This document shows positions 42,341-55,263 of a stretch of 64,000 nt of DNA, one piece after another; position 1 is the stretch's first letter, and the number at the start of each line of letters is the position of its first letter. The DNA comes from Eledone cirrhosa (Eukaryota): NCBI GenBank assembly GCA_964016885.1, contig OZ024741.1, positions 112,158,001 through 112,222,000 on the forward strand, given 5' to 3'. A program made the translations under genes and the position numbers. The notes beneath the pieces were generated by a model. It worked only from the letters and a program-made list of their open reading frames with translations, made no database searches and had not been told where the DNA came from.

Positions 42341-43606
42341 TCATCATCATCAGGTGCCATGTCTGTTCCGGACATCGGTGATCTTGGCTCTCCCGTCCTT
42401 CTTGTGTTCTCGATGAAGTCGTTCTTTCTCGTCCTATTTTTCACGACGTATTTGTTCTGAAAGTCTGTAAATGTTGTTCTTTGTCTTCCTTGTTTCCTCT
42501 TTCCAGCGATCTTGCCACAAAGAATCAGCTTCTCCAACCCGTCTCTTATGGTTATGTGACCAACACATTCCAATTGCTTCTTTCTCATAGTATGGACAAG
42601 AGATCTTTCCATGCTTGTCAGTCTTAGGACTTTGTCGTTGGTTTTCTTTTTTGTCCAATATATACTGAATATTCTCTGGCTGAACCACATTTCAGCGGTG
42701 TCCAGTTTCCTTGCCATGTTAATGCTTATCATGCAGCGTTCACAACCGTATAGAAGGACTGACAATACATATACTTTTGAGATGCGGATTTTTGTGTATA
42801 TACTGAGAATTTGTTAAAAGCATCTTTTATTTCACTGTCGCATCGGCCGTCTGATTCCAAGTTATATCAAATAAATTGAAAGGAGTGTCACTACATTTCT
42901 TGTTACATGACGGTATCTGAGGCTTTCTGGAAGCCACCATGTATTCTTTTTTTTTATTTTGTTCTTTTTTGCGTTTAGTGTGAGTCCTTTTGCTTCGCTG
43001 CTAGTTGTCACTGTGTCAAGGAGAGACTGAGGCCCTTGTTCTGAGTCGGCTGTCACGACGGTATCATCGGCGTGCCTTGATGTTTCACCCTACAGCCTTA
43101 ACTCCATCTAGACCTTCGATGTTACGCAGAATTGTTTCACTGTATAAATGATAACGAACGGGTGAAGGGACACGGCACTATCTGTCACCTCTTCGAATCG
43201 TTTTGAAATCGCTGATTTTGCCATCTATTCTTAAAGCAGCTTCTTATTCTCTATACAAATTTCGAAGCACTTTGCTATCCATGTCAAATTCTTGGAATAC
43301 GCTGAAAAGATCATCATGCTTCACCATGTCGAACGCTTTTGAATAGTCTATGAAGCATAAGAAGATGTCTTTTTGAACTTTGCTAGATCTTTCTAATACC
43401 GTGGATAGGGCGGAGATTACGTTTCTAGTGCTCTTGTCCGGAACAAATCCGAATTGGGTGTTTGATATTGAGTGAATTTTATTTCTCACTCTTGTCATGA
43501 GAATGCAGAGGAGAATGTTTGTTATGTGACTCATAAGACTATATGTTCTATGTTGGTCACACTCCGTGGTCCCGGGATTCTTTGGTAGAATGATAAAGAC
43601 AGACTA
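42341..43606 (-). mobile_element. 5'-truncated RTE LINE, decayed RT
   Basis: QFGF..KSTRN, CFIDYSKAFD, HADDTV, LLYGCE and GKRKQGRQR motifs, ending in a (GAT)n tail. Confidence 0.9.
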
Positions 43607-44147
43607 GTAAAAGAACACAAACTATTATTCGAGGAAAGGACGGGTGTAATAGTAAATGTTGTAATTTTAAGGGTTACTATTTGATGGGGATGGTTAGAAT
43701 TTTGAAAGTGAAATTTGCTTTTCCGATGGCTTTTTATCTATTTTGAAGGAATATGGCTTTGAAACTCGTTTTCTGTAGAACTACCAGCCCGAGAATTTCC
43801 GATCCTAACACCACTAATTTATGGAGTCTGTCGATAATATTGTTGTTTTAGGTTTGAATAGTATTATATATATATTCAAAAAACATTTTTCCTTTCAAAA
43901 GATGATATTTTCAGTTTGAAAGTATGGAATCTTGTTATTCGTGGTTTCTTGCATCTATGCCTATAGACTTTTCATTAATGCTATTTTTTGGCACTCTTAA
44001 ACATATCTATTTCAAATTAACATCCCATACATGATGAAACCTCATGTGATATTTTAAAGTAGCCAATTAAGATGATGAAACATATTACCCTCGCATGAAG
44101 AGATACACCCAGATTTTCCAGTTATGCTCAGAGTAGTTTGGAAGCAT

Positions 44148-44214
<67 letters not shown>

Positions 44215-44372
44215 ACTAGAAATTGATTGACATATATATATATTTAAAATAAACACATGAAACAATCACAGGGGATAATTTGTAAAGTGTGTAATCACAC
44301 ATAGCTAGGTAGGTAACTAATTAAAGTTTAACTAGAGCTACAAATATTACCTTTAAAAAAATGATTAATCCT

Positions 44373-44455
44373 CCTTGTATATATTTCATTAAAGAAATAT
44401 ATTTCACCAATAATCCGCAAAGTCACAGTAGTCAAATCTTGGATCTTCAGCAAGG
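44373..44455 (-). ncRNA. Type I hammerhead ribozyme with a full 9-bp stem III
   Basis: CCTTG-CTGAAGA-T-CCAA...TTGG-T-GAA-ATATATTTC-TTTAAT-GAAATATAT-A-CAAGG. Confidence 0.88.
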
Positions 44456-44748
44456 GGGAAGAAATAACTATCTGTGTTTACACATCACATGCAAATCTGC
44501 GAGTGACCCGTTGCACGTGTTGCAATTCTAAAATTACTAACAACATGCTAGCGTCCTCCCATTGGCGTGGATAGGGGGGTCGACAGTTATAAATAGCAGC
44601 CGAGTCCTTTCAGCCGATTTAGCTCTACAATTAAGGAGCCGTTTATATGTCCGAAATAAATTTAATAAAATAAAATAAAGGGACTCATGTCTCAGACATG
44701 ACTCCCTTAATTTAATTTAATTAAATTTATTTGGGATATATATATATG

Positions 44749-44812
<64 letters not shown>

Positions 44813-44881
44813 TATATATAAATATATATATAAATATATATAAATATATATATATATATATTTATATATATTTATGTATAT

Positions 44882-44931
<50 letters not shown>

Positions 44932-45002
44932 TTATGTATATATATATATATATATATACATAATATAAATATATATATATATATATATATAAATATATAT
45001 AA

Positions 45003-45050
<48 letters not shown>

Positions 45051-45052
45051 TA

Positions 45053-45145
<93 letters not shown>

Positions 45146-45280
45146 TATATAAATATATATATAGTTACAATACAATATAGTTAGCACCCCAAACGTTTAA
45201 TTGGGAATATACTCAGGTATTTCCTAATGTTTGTTGAGTGAGTTGGAATTTGGCCGGAGTATCGCTTTTAGCTTTCTCCG

Positions 45281-45331
<51 letters not shown>

Positions 45332-45349
45332 TTGAAAGATCTAAAACAA

Positions 45350-45386
<37 letters not shown>

Positions 45387-45446
45387 ACGAAGGAGGTGTG
45401 GTAAGGAACCAGATGGACCATAACGTCGGGGTTAAACATTTTACAT

Positions 45447-45483
<37 letters not shown>

Positions 45484-45486
<3 letters not shown>

Positions 45487-45636
45487 CAAAGGAATTGTGG
45501 TAAGGAACTAGATGGACCGTAACGCACCAGAGTACTCAATAGTTAGGGTAGTAGAGTGGGAAATAGGAAAAAGTATGACACCGACGGCAGAAATAGCCGT
45601 CGAAACGGCTTGAGCTCTGCCGTTAGGGTCATACTT

Positions 45637-45640
<4 letters not shown>
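45484..45640. mobile_element. Fold-back mini-element (family of 1-150) with the HHR 3' half
   Basis: Arms 45567-45591 and 45617-45640; GAAACGGC-loop-GCCGTT. Confidence 0.65.
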
Positions 45641-45697
<57 letters not shown>

Positions 45698-46501
45698 AAT
45701 ATATATATATAAATAAATATATACATTGAATAACTCTCGTTTTCAAAGGTGGTGAAGATGTGTAGGTATATTTTCAATTACGTGGCGGAGTAATATTTGC
45801 AATAAGTGCAGAAAGAAACTCATTTTATTATTTACTTCATCCTTTTCTTCTGATATCTGGAATACAGTGCCATATGTGGTATGGACCTCTGTCAATTTCG
45901 ACGATGGGCATTCGAGTTGTACTATCGATGATACAGTCCGCTTGCTATTTCTGTGAAATGGCTGGGATTCCACAGAGATATTTTATCATGAGAGTAATTC
46001 TCCGGGATATTCTGAGTACTACAGTGTGTAACAGAGTTGACCCTTTGAATTATATGTACAGTCCATCCGGCAGACTTTCAGTTTCTTTTTAGAGATTTAA
46101 TTTGCGGGGGCTTGGGTCAACCCCAGTCTATATCACATGACACTTGCCGAATATTCCACCTAGTAGGATCGAACTCAGAGACTTTTAATTATCAAGTAAA
46201 CTACTTAACCATTCGGACATGCTGCATCCACATCTTTTGCAAACATACTGAGTGTTTCTCTTCTATATATTTTCGTTGAAACAAGGCTGTCCAACTGTTG
46301 TACGGCATTCTTTTATTCTTTTACTGGTTTCAGTCATTAGACTGTGGTCATGATGGAGCCGCGTATGTATATACATTTTCAAGTTTGGTGCTTATTTTAA
46401 TGATTCTTTTTTGTCGAATCGCTAAGTTATGGGACATAAATACTGACGTAAATGCAAATGGAAACACAAGTATGTATAGACCACACAGACAGACAGACAC
46501 A

Positions 46502-46586
<85 letters not shown>

Positions 46587-46646
46587 GTATATATAATACA
46601 AATAGTGAAAACAATGAAATTAAACAAAATACGAGTATTTCATAGT

Positions 46647-46795
46647 AAAACTCATTATTTTACGATCGTTTCTGGGGGGTAGTTCTCCGTATGTTCATTC
46701 TATTAGTTATCTATGTAAAATATATTACAAATTATCAAAGTAAGAAAATATACATACGTCTTCTCTACCCGCCGTCTTCAGAAATAATGAGTTTT
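46647..46795 (-). ncRNA. Type I hammerhead ribozyme in the inverted pLTR
   Basis: 14-bp stem I AAAACTCATTATTT/AAATAATGAGTTTT, CTGAAGA, stem II GGGTAG/CTACCC around a long insert, GAAAC-GATC-GTA. Confidence 0.9.
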
Positions 46796-47049
46796 GTTTA
46801 TTGAAGAATATAAAAACATGTATGAATAAGTAACCTTTTAAGAACAAGGTTGAGATTGACCAATAGTAAAAATAGGAAGGGGCAATATAGATCATTAAGC
46901 TGATAGTAGTAGATGAAAAAATTAGCAGTCAGGGGATGAGGTATCGAATGACCTTTAAGGAAAGAAAGTTGCGAGTGTAAAGGAATTGAGACAGATTGTA
47001 TAGAAATTTCAGAAACATGTGGACGGTCAAGGAAGTTTGTAAAGCTATG

Positions 47050-49303
47050 AAGGAAATTAACATCATAGTAAAACTATGAAGGACATTAACATCATCACAC
47101 ATGCCAGGCAAACACTACTGGACTCTCCAAGACGTGTATTGGACTAGAAACACATATAGTGATTTATACGATATCACTATGGGGTCGATGGATTCCGCCC
47201 AGGTTACGGACCTTGTGGGCCTCTTTCTCCTATATAATTTAAATTCCTCTTTTCCCCACCTCAAAGGTGGTCTATATCGCAATGACTGTCTTCTTCTATT
47301 TAACAATCTTAGTCTTTCAGCAATTGAGAGAAATAAAAAAACAAATTAGGAAATTCCTCAAAGATTACTATAATCTTACCATTACTTTTGAAAATAGCAC
47401 TAAAGTGGTCAATTTCCTCGACATCACTTTGGATCTATCAACAGGCACTTACCAACCCTACCATAATCCAAACCAAAACCTGCATTATATACATTCACAA
47501 TCTAACCACCCTGGTTCCATTCTAAAAAATCTAGTGTACAATATCTCACTCAGATTTTCTAAATTATCATCTAATGAAGAAATATTCTATAAAAACGCAC
47601 CTTATTATAATGAGGCTTTAGCTAGAAGTGGCTACAAGGATAAAATATTTTACATACCTAACACCATAAATACCTCCAACATACAACCAAACAAACAACA
47701 AACACCAAAATAAACACCTAAAATTTAATGCCAGCAATGAAGCACCGAAAAACCTAGATCCTACCATTACACCTAGTACCCGCATTAATATGAATGACAC
47801 AAACTCTCTAAAAATCACCAATCCTAACGCTTCTGACTACTTCTATAACCTACCTAATAATATTACTACCAACCATACAAAAACTCCTAACTACATTAAT
47901 CTTTAAAAAGCAATTAATAATAACATCTTATATCTTAATTCTCACAATAAACCTAATGATATATTACCTATTTCATTGAACCTAGCCAAACCACATCTTT
48001 ACAATCCAAAAAAAAACAGAGAAACATATCCGAACTACTATAAATAACAAGAATAATACCAAAATACCAGGTCCAATCAATAAGACTCCATTAATAAAAC
48101 TCCCAATATCATCTATAAATCAAACAAAAAACAATAAATCAAAAACTAATACAATTCAAAAATATACTAAAGAACTTGTTCACACCCCTAATAACAATCA
48201 CAATATTATAGTATCATCTGATAACAAAATCTACCCTCAAACTTCTATACATCCCCAATATAACAATAGGAAACCAATTAGAAACCATAAAAGAAACGTA
48301 ACATGGTATAATGCTCCATTTAACTTGCAAACTATGGGCCAAATCCCTAAAATAATTTTGCAATTCTCGATAAACATTTCCCACCTAACCACAAATACCA
48401 CCAAATCTTAAACAGATATATAGTAAAATGTTCTTACTCCACATCGAGCAATATACAATAAAAAATAAGTGCATATAACATCTATAAATGTAAAAAAAAC
48501 TCCATGTATACCTCTAGCACACCACACACAAACTAACTATAATAATACTACAACGCATAACCAGAATATTATTACCTATCCACCAGTTACATCCACTCAC
48601 TCACCTCACCAACACAATACATCAACCTACAACCAACTACCATCGTCCTCATCCTTAATAGGAACTAAGAATTACATACCCAATCTGACAAATAACTTCC
48701 AAAACAACCCTGATTCTATAATCACTATATCCCCTATAATTTCACCAACTAACAACCCTTCGAACCATGACCCCCCAACCGCAAACCATTCTCTCTCAAA
48801 TAAAAATGTAAATACAAATACTAGCACTGTTATTGGGAATATAGCAAGCACATCTGAAACCCTATGTACAAACGGTTGTAATTGTAGAGTGAAAAAGTAA
48901 TTGCCCCTTAAATGGAAATTGCTTAATTAATAATATAGTGTATAAATGTATAATTACCACTAAGGACTCTAATCAATCCTATATTGGATCCACATCTAAT
49001 CCGTTTAAATCGAGATTTTATGCACACACCCACAGTTTTCGATACACAAGATTAGCTAATACTACTTCTTTAGCTGAAGCAGTTAATAATTGTAAAAAGA
49101 GGAAAATTAATTATAACCTAACTTGGAAGATCCTCAAAAGAGCCATTTCTTATCAGGGAAATAGAAAAGAGTGTGGACTATGTTCCCAAGACATTTTTGA
49201 AATTACTAAATCGAAAGACATTCTATTAAATAAAAGACAAGAATTAATTATCGCATGTAACCATAGAATTAGAAAGACATTCAAGTATTATAAATACAAC
49301 TAA
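47050..49303 (+). pseudogene. PLE RT + GIY-YIG polyprotein, frameshifted
   Basis: DITMGSMDSAQVTDLVGL, GLYRND, VNFLDITLDL, SNHP, KRNVTWYN.PF, CNC..CPLNGNCL, VYKC...YIGST, CGLC, LLNKRQE, CNH. Confidence 0.9.
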
Positions 49304-49327
49304 ACAAATAAAGAAAAAAATATAAAA

Positions 49328-49431
<104 letters not shown>

Positions 49432-50278
49432 TATATATGTGTGTATATATATTTTTTGCTATTAGAATTACTCCATAGATTCAATCCTATATTTCATCCC
49501 TATAACTGTTTTAAATAATTAACTATTAATGACCACTATATATTACATTATATTCAACACTCTAACAAAACTTTAACAGACATGCATTTAAACCTATTAA
49601 AAAAACCAGATTATTAATGAGATTTCTTATTCGAAAATAAAATTCCCTACAGGTAAAACTTTATTCTGACCACTCTAACACAATACCATACTTACACAAA
49701 TTTTGTTATTTTCTTACCTATATATTTTTTTATCTACTTTTTACTTTTCTTTAGTTCCATCTATATTCCTCTACTTGTTCTATTTTTAAAACAAATTATT
49801 CCTCTTGAACAAAGAAATAACAAATATTTAGGGTTGCTCTATAGAGAGCAACCCTAGAGTCTATACTATTCTACTGGATATCTGCACCCCTTTTCCTCCA
49901 ACTTTAATCTTCCTTGACCGTCCACACCTTTCTGAAATTTCTATACAATCTGTCTGAATTCCTTTACACTCGCAACTTTCTTTCCTTAAAGGTCATCGAT
50001 ACCTCATCCCCTGACTGCTAATTTTTTTATTTACTACTACCAGCTTAATGATCTATATTGCCCCTTCCTATTTTTACTATTGGTCAATCTCAACCTTGTT
50101 TTTAAAAGGTTACTTATTCATACATGTTTTTACTATTTGTATTATTTTGACTCTGCTTCCAATGAATTATATCGTTGAAATTTTGTATTTTAAACTTTGC
50201 TTCACGACATCTTCTACATACGGATTACATTGAGTTCTTCATACGGCTTGGACCCTACCATTAATTGGTGGATTTATC

Positions 50279-50332
<54 letters not shown>

Positions 50333-50353
50333 GTGTGTGGTGTGTGTGTGTGT

Positions 50354-50435
<82 letters not shown>

Positions 50436-50633
50436 GTGGTGCAACAGGCTTCTGCAGTTTCTGCCTAACAAATTTCACTCAGAAGGTTAATCCGAGGCTA
50501 TATTAGAAGGGTTACCAGTTTGCCACGCAGCATGACTGTAAAGCAAACACCATAAATGCCCAATCATCATGCCTGCTTAATTATCTCCAGTAACTGAAGT
50601 ATGCTTTAAATAGTTTTTCAGTTCCATTGGTGC

Positions 50634-51058
50634 TCAGTTTAATTTAGTTAAGGTGACTTGGCAATTATATAAACTACAGTCATCTGCCTACAGAAATACA
50701 AGGTAAACACTAACTGCATCATGTTGAGGTAGTTGAAGAGTTATCTTGGAAGGTTTATTACACAAATATCCTGGAAAAAGCTACCCCTACTGTGTTAAAT
50801 AACAGAAACAACACAACAAACAAACAGCAAAATAAAAAAAAATAGATAAAGATATTTTTAAGAAAGTGTCAGACTATTTGTTTCTTGTGGTATCTAGACT
50901 AGTGATCCGTGATTTTGAATTAATTTCCTGCTAATAATTACTTACCTTTGTTTTTTTTAGTGCTGGTAGTGGAACTAATAGCATATTGTGAATATTACAA
51001 TCTAACGTCTCCTCCGCTATCTTTCTCCCTTCTATTTCGTTCGGGTGCCTGTGCCTTG
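50634..51058 (-). CDS. Candidate host exons (51058-50946 and terminal 50687-50634), product unknown
   Basis: ttttgttttag|...AAG|gtaagt and ttgtatttctgtag|GCA...TGA. The phases are compatible and the frame is open; no recognisable homology. Confidence 0.3.
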
Positions 51059-51271
51059 CTAAAACAAAAATCAATATCCTTTCAGTCCTAGCTGTTGGTG
51101 AGGTTTCCATGAATACGCTGGATCTTTTTGTCTGCATGAGTCAGATTTTATCAAATAAAGATCAATACGCACCCACACATACACACATATATATTTATAT
51201 ATATATATGTATATGCATACATACATAAACATATATATATATACATACATGCACACACACATACACACTCA

Positions 51272-51328
<57 letters not shown>

Positions 51329-51471
51329 ATGTGTGTGTATATATGTGTGTGTGTGTGTGTGTATATATGTGTGTGTGTGTATATATATATGTGTGTGTGT
51401 GTATATATATGTGTGTGTGTGTGTGTGTATATATGTGTGTGTGTGTGTGTATATATATATGTGTGTGTGTG

Positions 51472-51506
<35 letters not shown>

Positions 51507-51521
51507 ATATGTATATATATA

Positions 51522-51552
<31 letters not shown>

Positions 51553-51575
51553 GTGTGTGTGTGTGTATATATATA

Positions 51576-51610
<35 letters not shown>

Positions 51611-51921
51611 GTGTGTGTATATATATATGTATATGTATACATATATATATATATATTTATTTATATTTGAAAAAAGGAAAAGCGTGACTTCACTTGTAGT
51701 TCTAAACAATTTAATTTTATATGATTTTACAATTTGGTTTTCTAGATCTAGTAAGTTGTTTGTTGACTTCGGTGGAGAGATTTTTAAAAGATTCCTGGAT
51801 AACTTTCCCGGTGAACTTTCTGGCATTCGTCGGTCTCAAACTGATCTCAGGTTGTGTAGTGATGTGTGACTCTATATATATAAGAGATTTAGGTGTATCC
51901 TCTTCTTACTGGTCTTAAACT

Positions 51922-51993
<72 letters not shown>

Positions 51994-52094
51994 GTGTGTG
52001 TGTGTGGGTGTGTATGTATGTATGTATGTATGTATGTATGTATGTATGTATGTATGTATGTATGTATGTATGTGTGGTTGATCAGTTTGTCAAT

Positions 52095-53049
52095 AGATAC
52101 AGCAATCTTGATAATGAAATTCCACTCAGGATTAGGAAAGCAAGTGATGCTTTCGGAAAGCTAGAAAGGCGCCTCTGGGGGTCGGCGAGATATATGCAAG
52201 AAGACAAAGGTAAAGGTGAACACGGCATGTGTGCTCTCTTCTCTTCTTTATGTCTGCGAGACCTGGGTCACATATCGACACCACCTTAAACAATTGGAAC
52301 GTTTCCATCAGATGTGTCTCAGACGGATCCATGGCGTTCACTGGAGGGACCACATCAGTGATGTCGAGATTTTGGCAAGCTCTCTGTGTGAAAGTATAGA
52401 AGCTCTTGTACTTAAGCAAAAACTCTGATGGAGTGGTCACTTTGCCAGGATAAAGGATTCTAGAATACCAAAACAACTCTTTTATGGAGAGTTAGTTAAA
52501 GGAAAACGACCTCCACATAAACCAAAAAAGGAGTTATAAGCATTCGTTGAAAGCCTCCTTGAAAGACGCTAACACCTCTGCTGATACATGGGAAAGCGTA
52601 GCTGCTAATCGTAATAAATGGAGAAAGATTTTACATGAGGGGAAAGTTGGTTTTGAAGCATCTCGAATCGTATACGAGAAAGTAAAAAGGGATATGAGGA
52701 AAGGCATTGCTGTTGCATTTCCAGACAGCGAAGGTCCTCCTGTGGCGCTGACATGCAGCGTCTGTGCAAGACTCTGCCTCAGCAAAGCTGGACTCGATAG
52801 TCATCTTCCCAGTCATAAAGTGAAACCCGTGATTGACTACCAGCCTGCTGTCGAAGATGCTGCTCATCATACCGGTCAAGCATGTGGAAGAGAATGTAGA
52901 TCAACAGAAGGGGTCAAATGACAGGCAAAAGTACATGAAATCCAGCCACAACCGGCTAATGCCAGTGAATGTTTTGGTTGCCAACACTATGCAAGACATT
53001 TAGATCATTGGCTGGGCTAAAAAGCCACATTCGAACGCAGCACCGTTAA
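52095..53049 (+). mobile_element. RTE (BovB-type) LINE 3' part with C-terminal C2H2-like fingers
   Basis: RIRKASDAFGKL, LLYVCETW, FHQMCLRRI, PKQLFYGEL, CSVCARLCLSKAGLDSHLPSH. Confidence 0.85.
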
Positions 53050-53140
53050 TTGTTATTATATATGTGTGTATATGTATGTGTGTGTGTATGTATGTGTATG
53101 TGTATGTATGTGTATATATACATATATTCTTCTTCTTCTT

Positions 53141-53227
<87 letters not shown>

Positions 53228-54762
53228 GTTCTTTGAGTCTCAGTCATTGATGTTAGTTAACTGGAAAGTTTGTTGAAATGAATATCAAACCACTACCTGC
53301 AGCCTCAGATATTCAGGACGTATCGGAGGGTTCTTGCTGTTCCCAGCAAGCATGCCTTTTGAAGTGTTCCAAAAAGCGGGGCGGGGCCAATTTTCTTTAA
53401 CCATCCCTGGAAACATTTTGAGATAGTACCTAGTGCGCCTATGACAATCAGGACCACTTTGACTTCACGGCAGTTCCAAATCCTTTTTATCTCCCACTTT
53501 AAGTCCTGGTATCGGTTAATTTTCTCCCTCTCCTTCTCTTGCACTCTCGTGTCGAATGGGCAGGCCACATCCACAATCAGGCACGATCTTTTTTCCTTGT
53601 CCAAAACCACCAGGTCAGGTCTATTGTGCTCCAGTTTCTTGTCAGTTTGTATCCTAAAATCCCATACCACCTTCACCTGATCGTTTTCTATCACCGCCTC
53701 TGGCTTATGCTCATACCACTTCTCAGAATGTGGTAAATTGTTTACTTTGCATAGGTGCCAATGGATCACCCTGCTCATCACATCATGTCTCCAGCCTTAT
53801 ATATTATTATTATTATTATTATTGTTCTTTGAGTCTCAGTCATTGATGTTATTTAACTGCAAAATTTGTTGAAATAAATATCAAGCCACTACCTGCAGCC
53901 TCAGATATTCAGGACGTATCGGAGGGTTCTTGCTGTTCCCAGCAAGCATGCCTTTTGAAGTGTTCCAAAAAGCAGGGCGGGACCAATTTTCTTTAACCAT
54001 CCTTGGAAACTCTGTGAGATAGTACTAGTGCGCCTATGACAATCGGGACCACTTTGACTTCATGGCAGTTCCAAATCCTTTTTACCTCCCACTTTAAGTC
54101 CTGGTATCGGTTAATTTTGTCCCTCTCCTTCTCTTGCGTCGAATGGGCAGGCTACATCTACAATCAGGCACGATCTTTTTTCCTTGTCCAAAACCACCAG
54201 GTCAGGTCTATTGTGTTCCAGTTTCTTGTCCGTCTGTATCCTAAAATCCCACAGCAACTTCACCTGATCATTTTCTATCACCGATTCTGGCTTATGCTCA
54301 TACCACTTCTCAGAATGTGGTAAATTGATTACTTTGAATAGGTGCCAGTGGATCACCCTGCCCATCACATCATGTCTCCAGCCCTTATAGTGAGTCTGGG
54401 CTAGGTGTTTACACTCGGATACAATGTGAGCCAGTCTCCTCTCTCTCTTCACAGATCCTACACAGTGGGCTAGTCTCCTCCTTGTAAATATGGTGTTTCA
54501 GCCACTTTATTTTGAGGGCCTGCTCTTGCGCAGCCATTAGCATTCCTTCTGTAGCCTTATTTTTAAGGTCTCCTCTTTTCAACCAGTTCCATGTCTGTGG
54601 ATCTCTGAATTCAATTTTCTCAAAGAAGGTACTATGAAGGGATTTTTCATGAAGGTTGCTCTTTCTCCTTGTTGTTATTTCCTCCTTGGACATCTCCTGG
54701 TCTATTGTCCTCTCCTTCAGTACAATTCTGTGCATTGGCTCCCTACTATCAGTCACGTATTT

Positions 54763-54812
<50 letters not shown>

Positions 54813-55052
54813 GTTATTACTCTTTGTTAGTTAACTGGAAAGTTTGTTGAGATGAATATCAAGCCACTACCTGCAGCCTCAGATATTCAGGACGTATCGG
54901 AGGGTTCTTGCTGTTCTCAGCAAGCATGCCTTTTGAAGCGTTCCAAAAAGCGTGAAGGGGCCAATTTTCTTTAACCATCCCTGGAAACTTTTTGAGATAG
55001 TCCCCAGTGCGCCTATGACAATCGGGATCACTTTGACTTCATGGCAGTTCCA
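53228..55052 (-). mobile_element. Three tandem 5'-truncated Dong/R4-like retrotransposon copies (53228-53799, 53824-54763, ~54820-55052) separated by (TAA)n
   Basis: Shared 3' ends; CRIC..HIVSEC knuckle, RHD, and the restriction-like endonuclease motif HNRPDLVVLD...IVDVACP...KINRY. Confidence 0.9.
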
Positions 55053-55100
55053 ATATAATAATAATAATAATTATTATTATTATTATTGTGGATTGCCAAG

Positions 55101-55263
55101 GGCGGTGGATTGGCAGTATCGGTAGAGGGTTGGACGCCATGGAGTTACGGGCCTTTACGATCTGAGTTCAAATCTCGCCGAGGTTAACTTTATCCTTACG
55201 GGGTCGATAAAATAAAGTATCAGTAATGCACTGGGATAATTGCTGGCCTTGTGCCAAAAGTAG
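55101..55263 (+). mobile_element. SINE family B interrupted at its 3' end by the Tx1 element
   Basis: Matches the reverse complement of 20621-20803; the tail GAAATCATTATT resumes at 59584. Confidence 0.8.

Noticed and set aside
43610-44150. Possible further PLE endonuclease remnant (..YIILFKP..); similar hint at 36480-36960
   Set aside because: Too decayed to support without a profile search.
47050-49303. Naiad-type selenoprotein PLE
   Set aside because: The endonuclease is C-terminal rather than N-terminal, and no in-frame TGA was seen at conserved cysteines.
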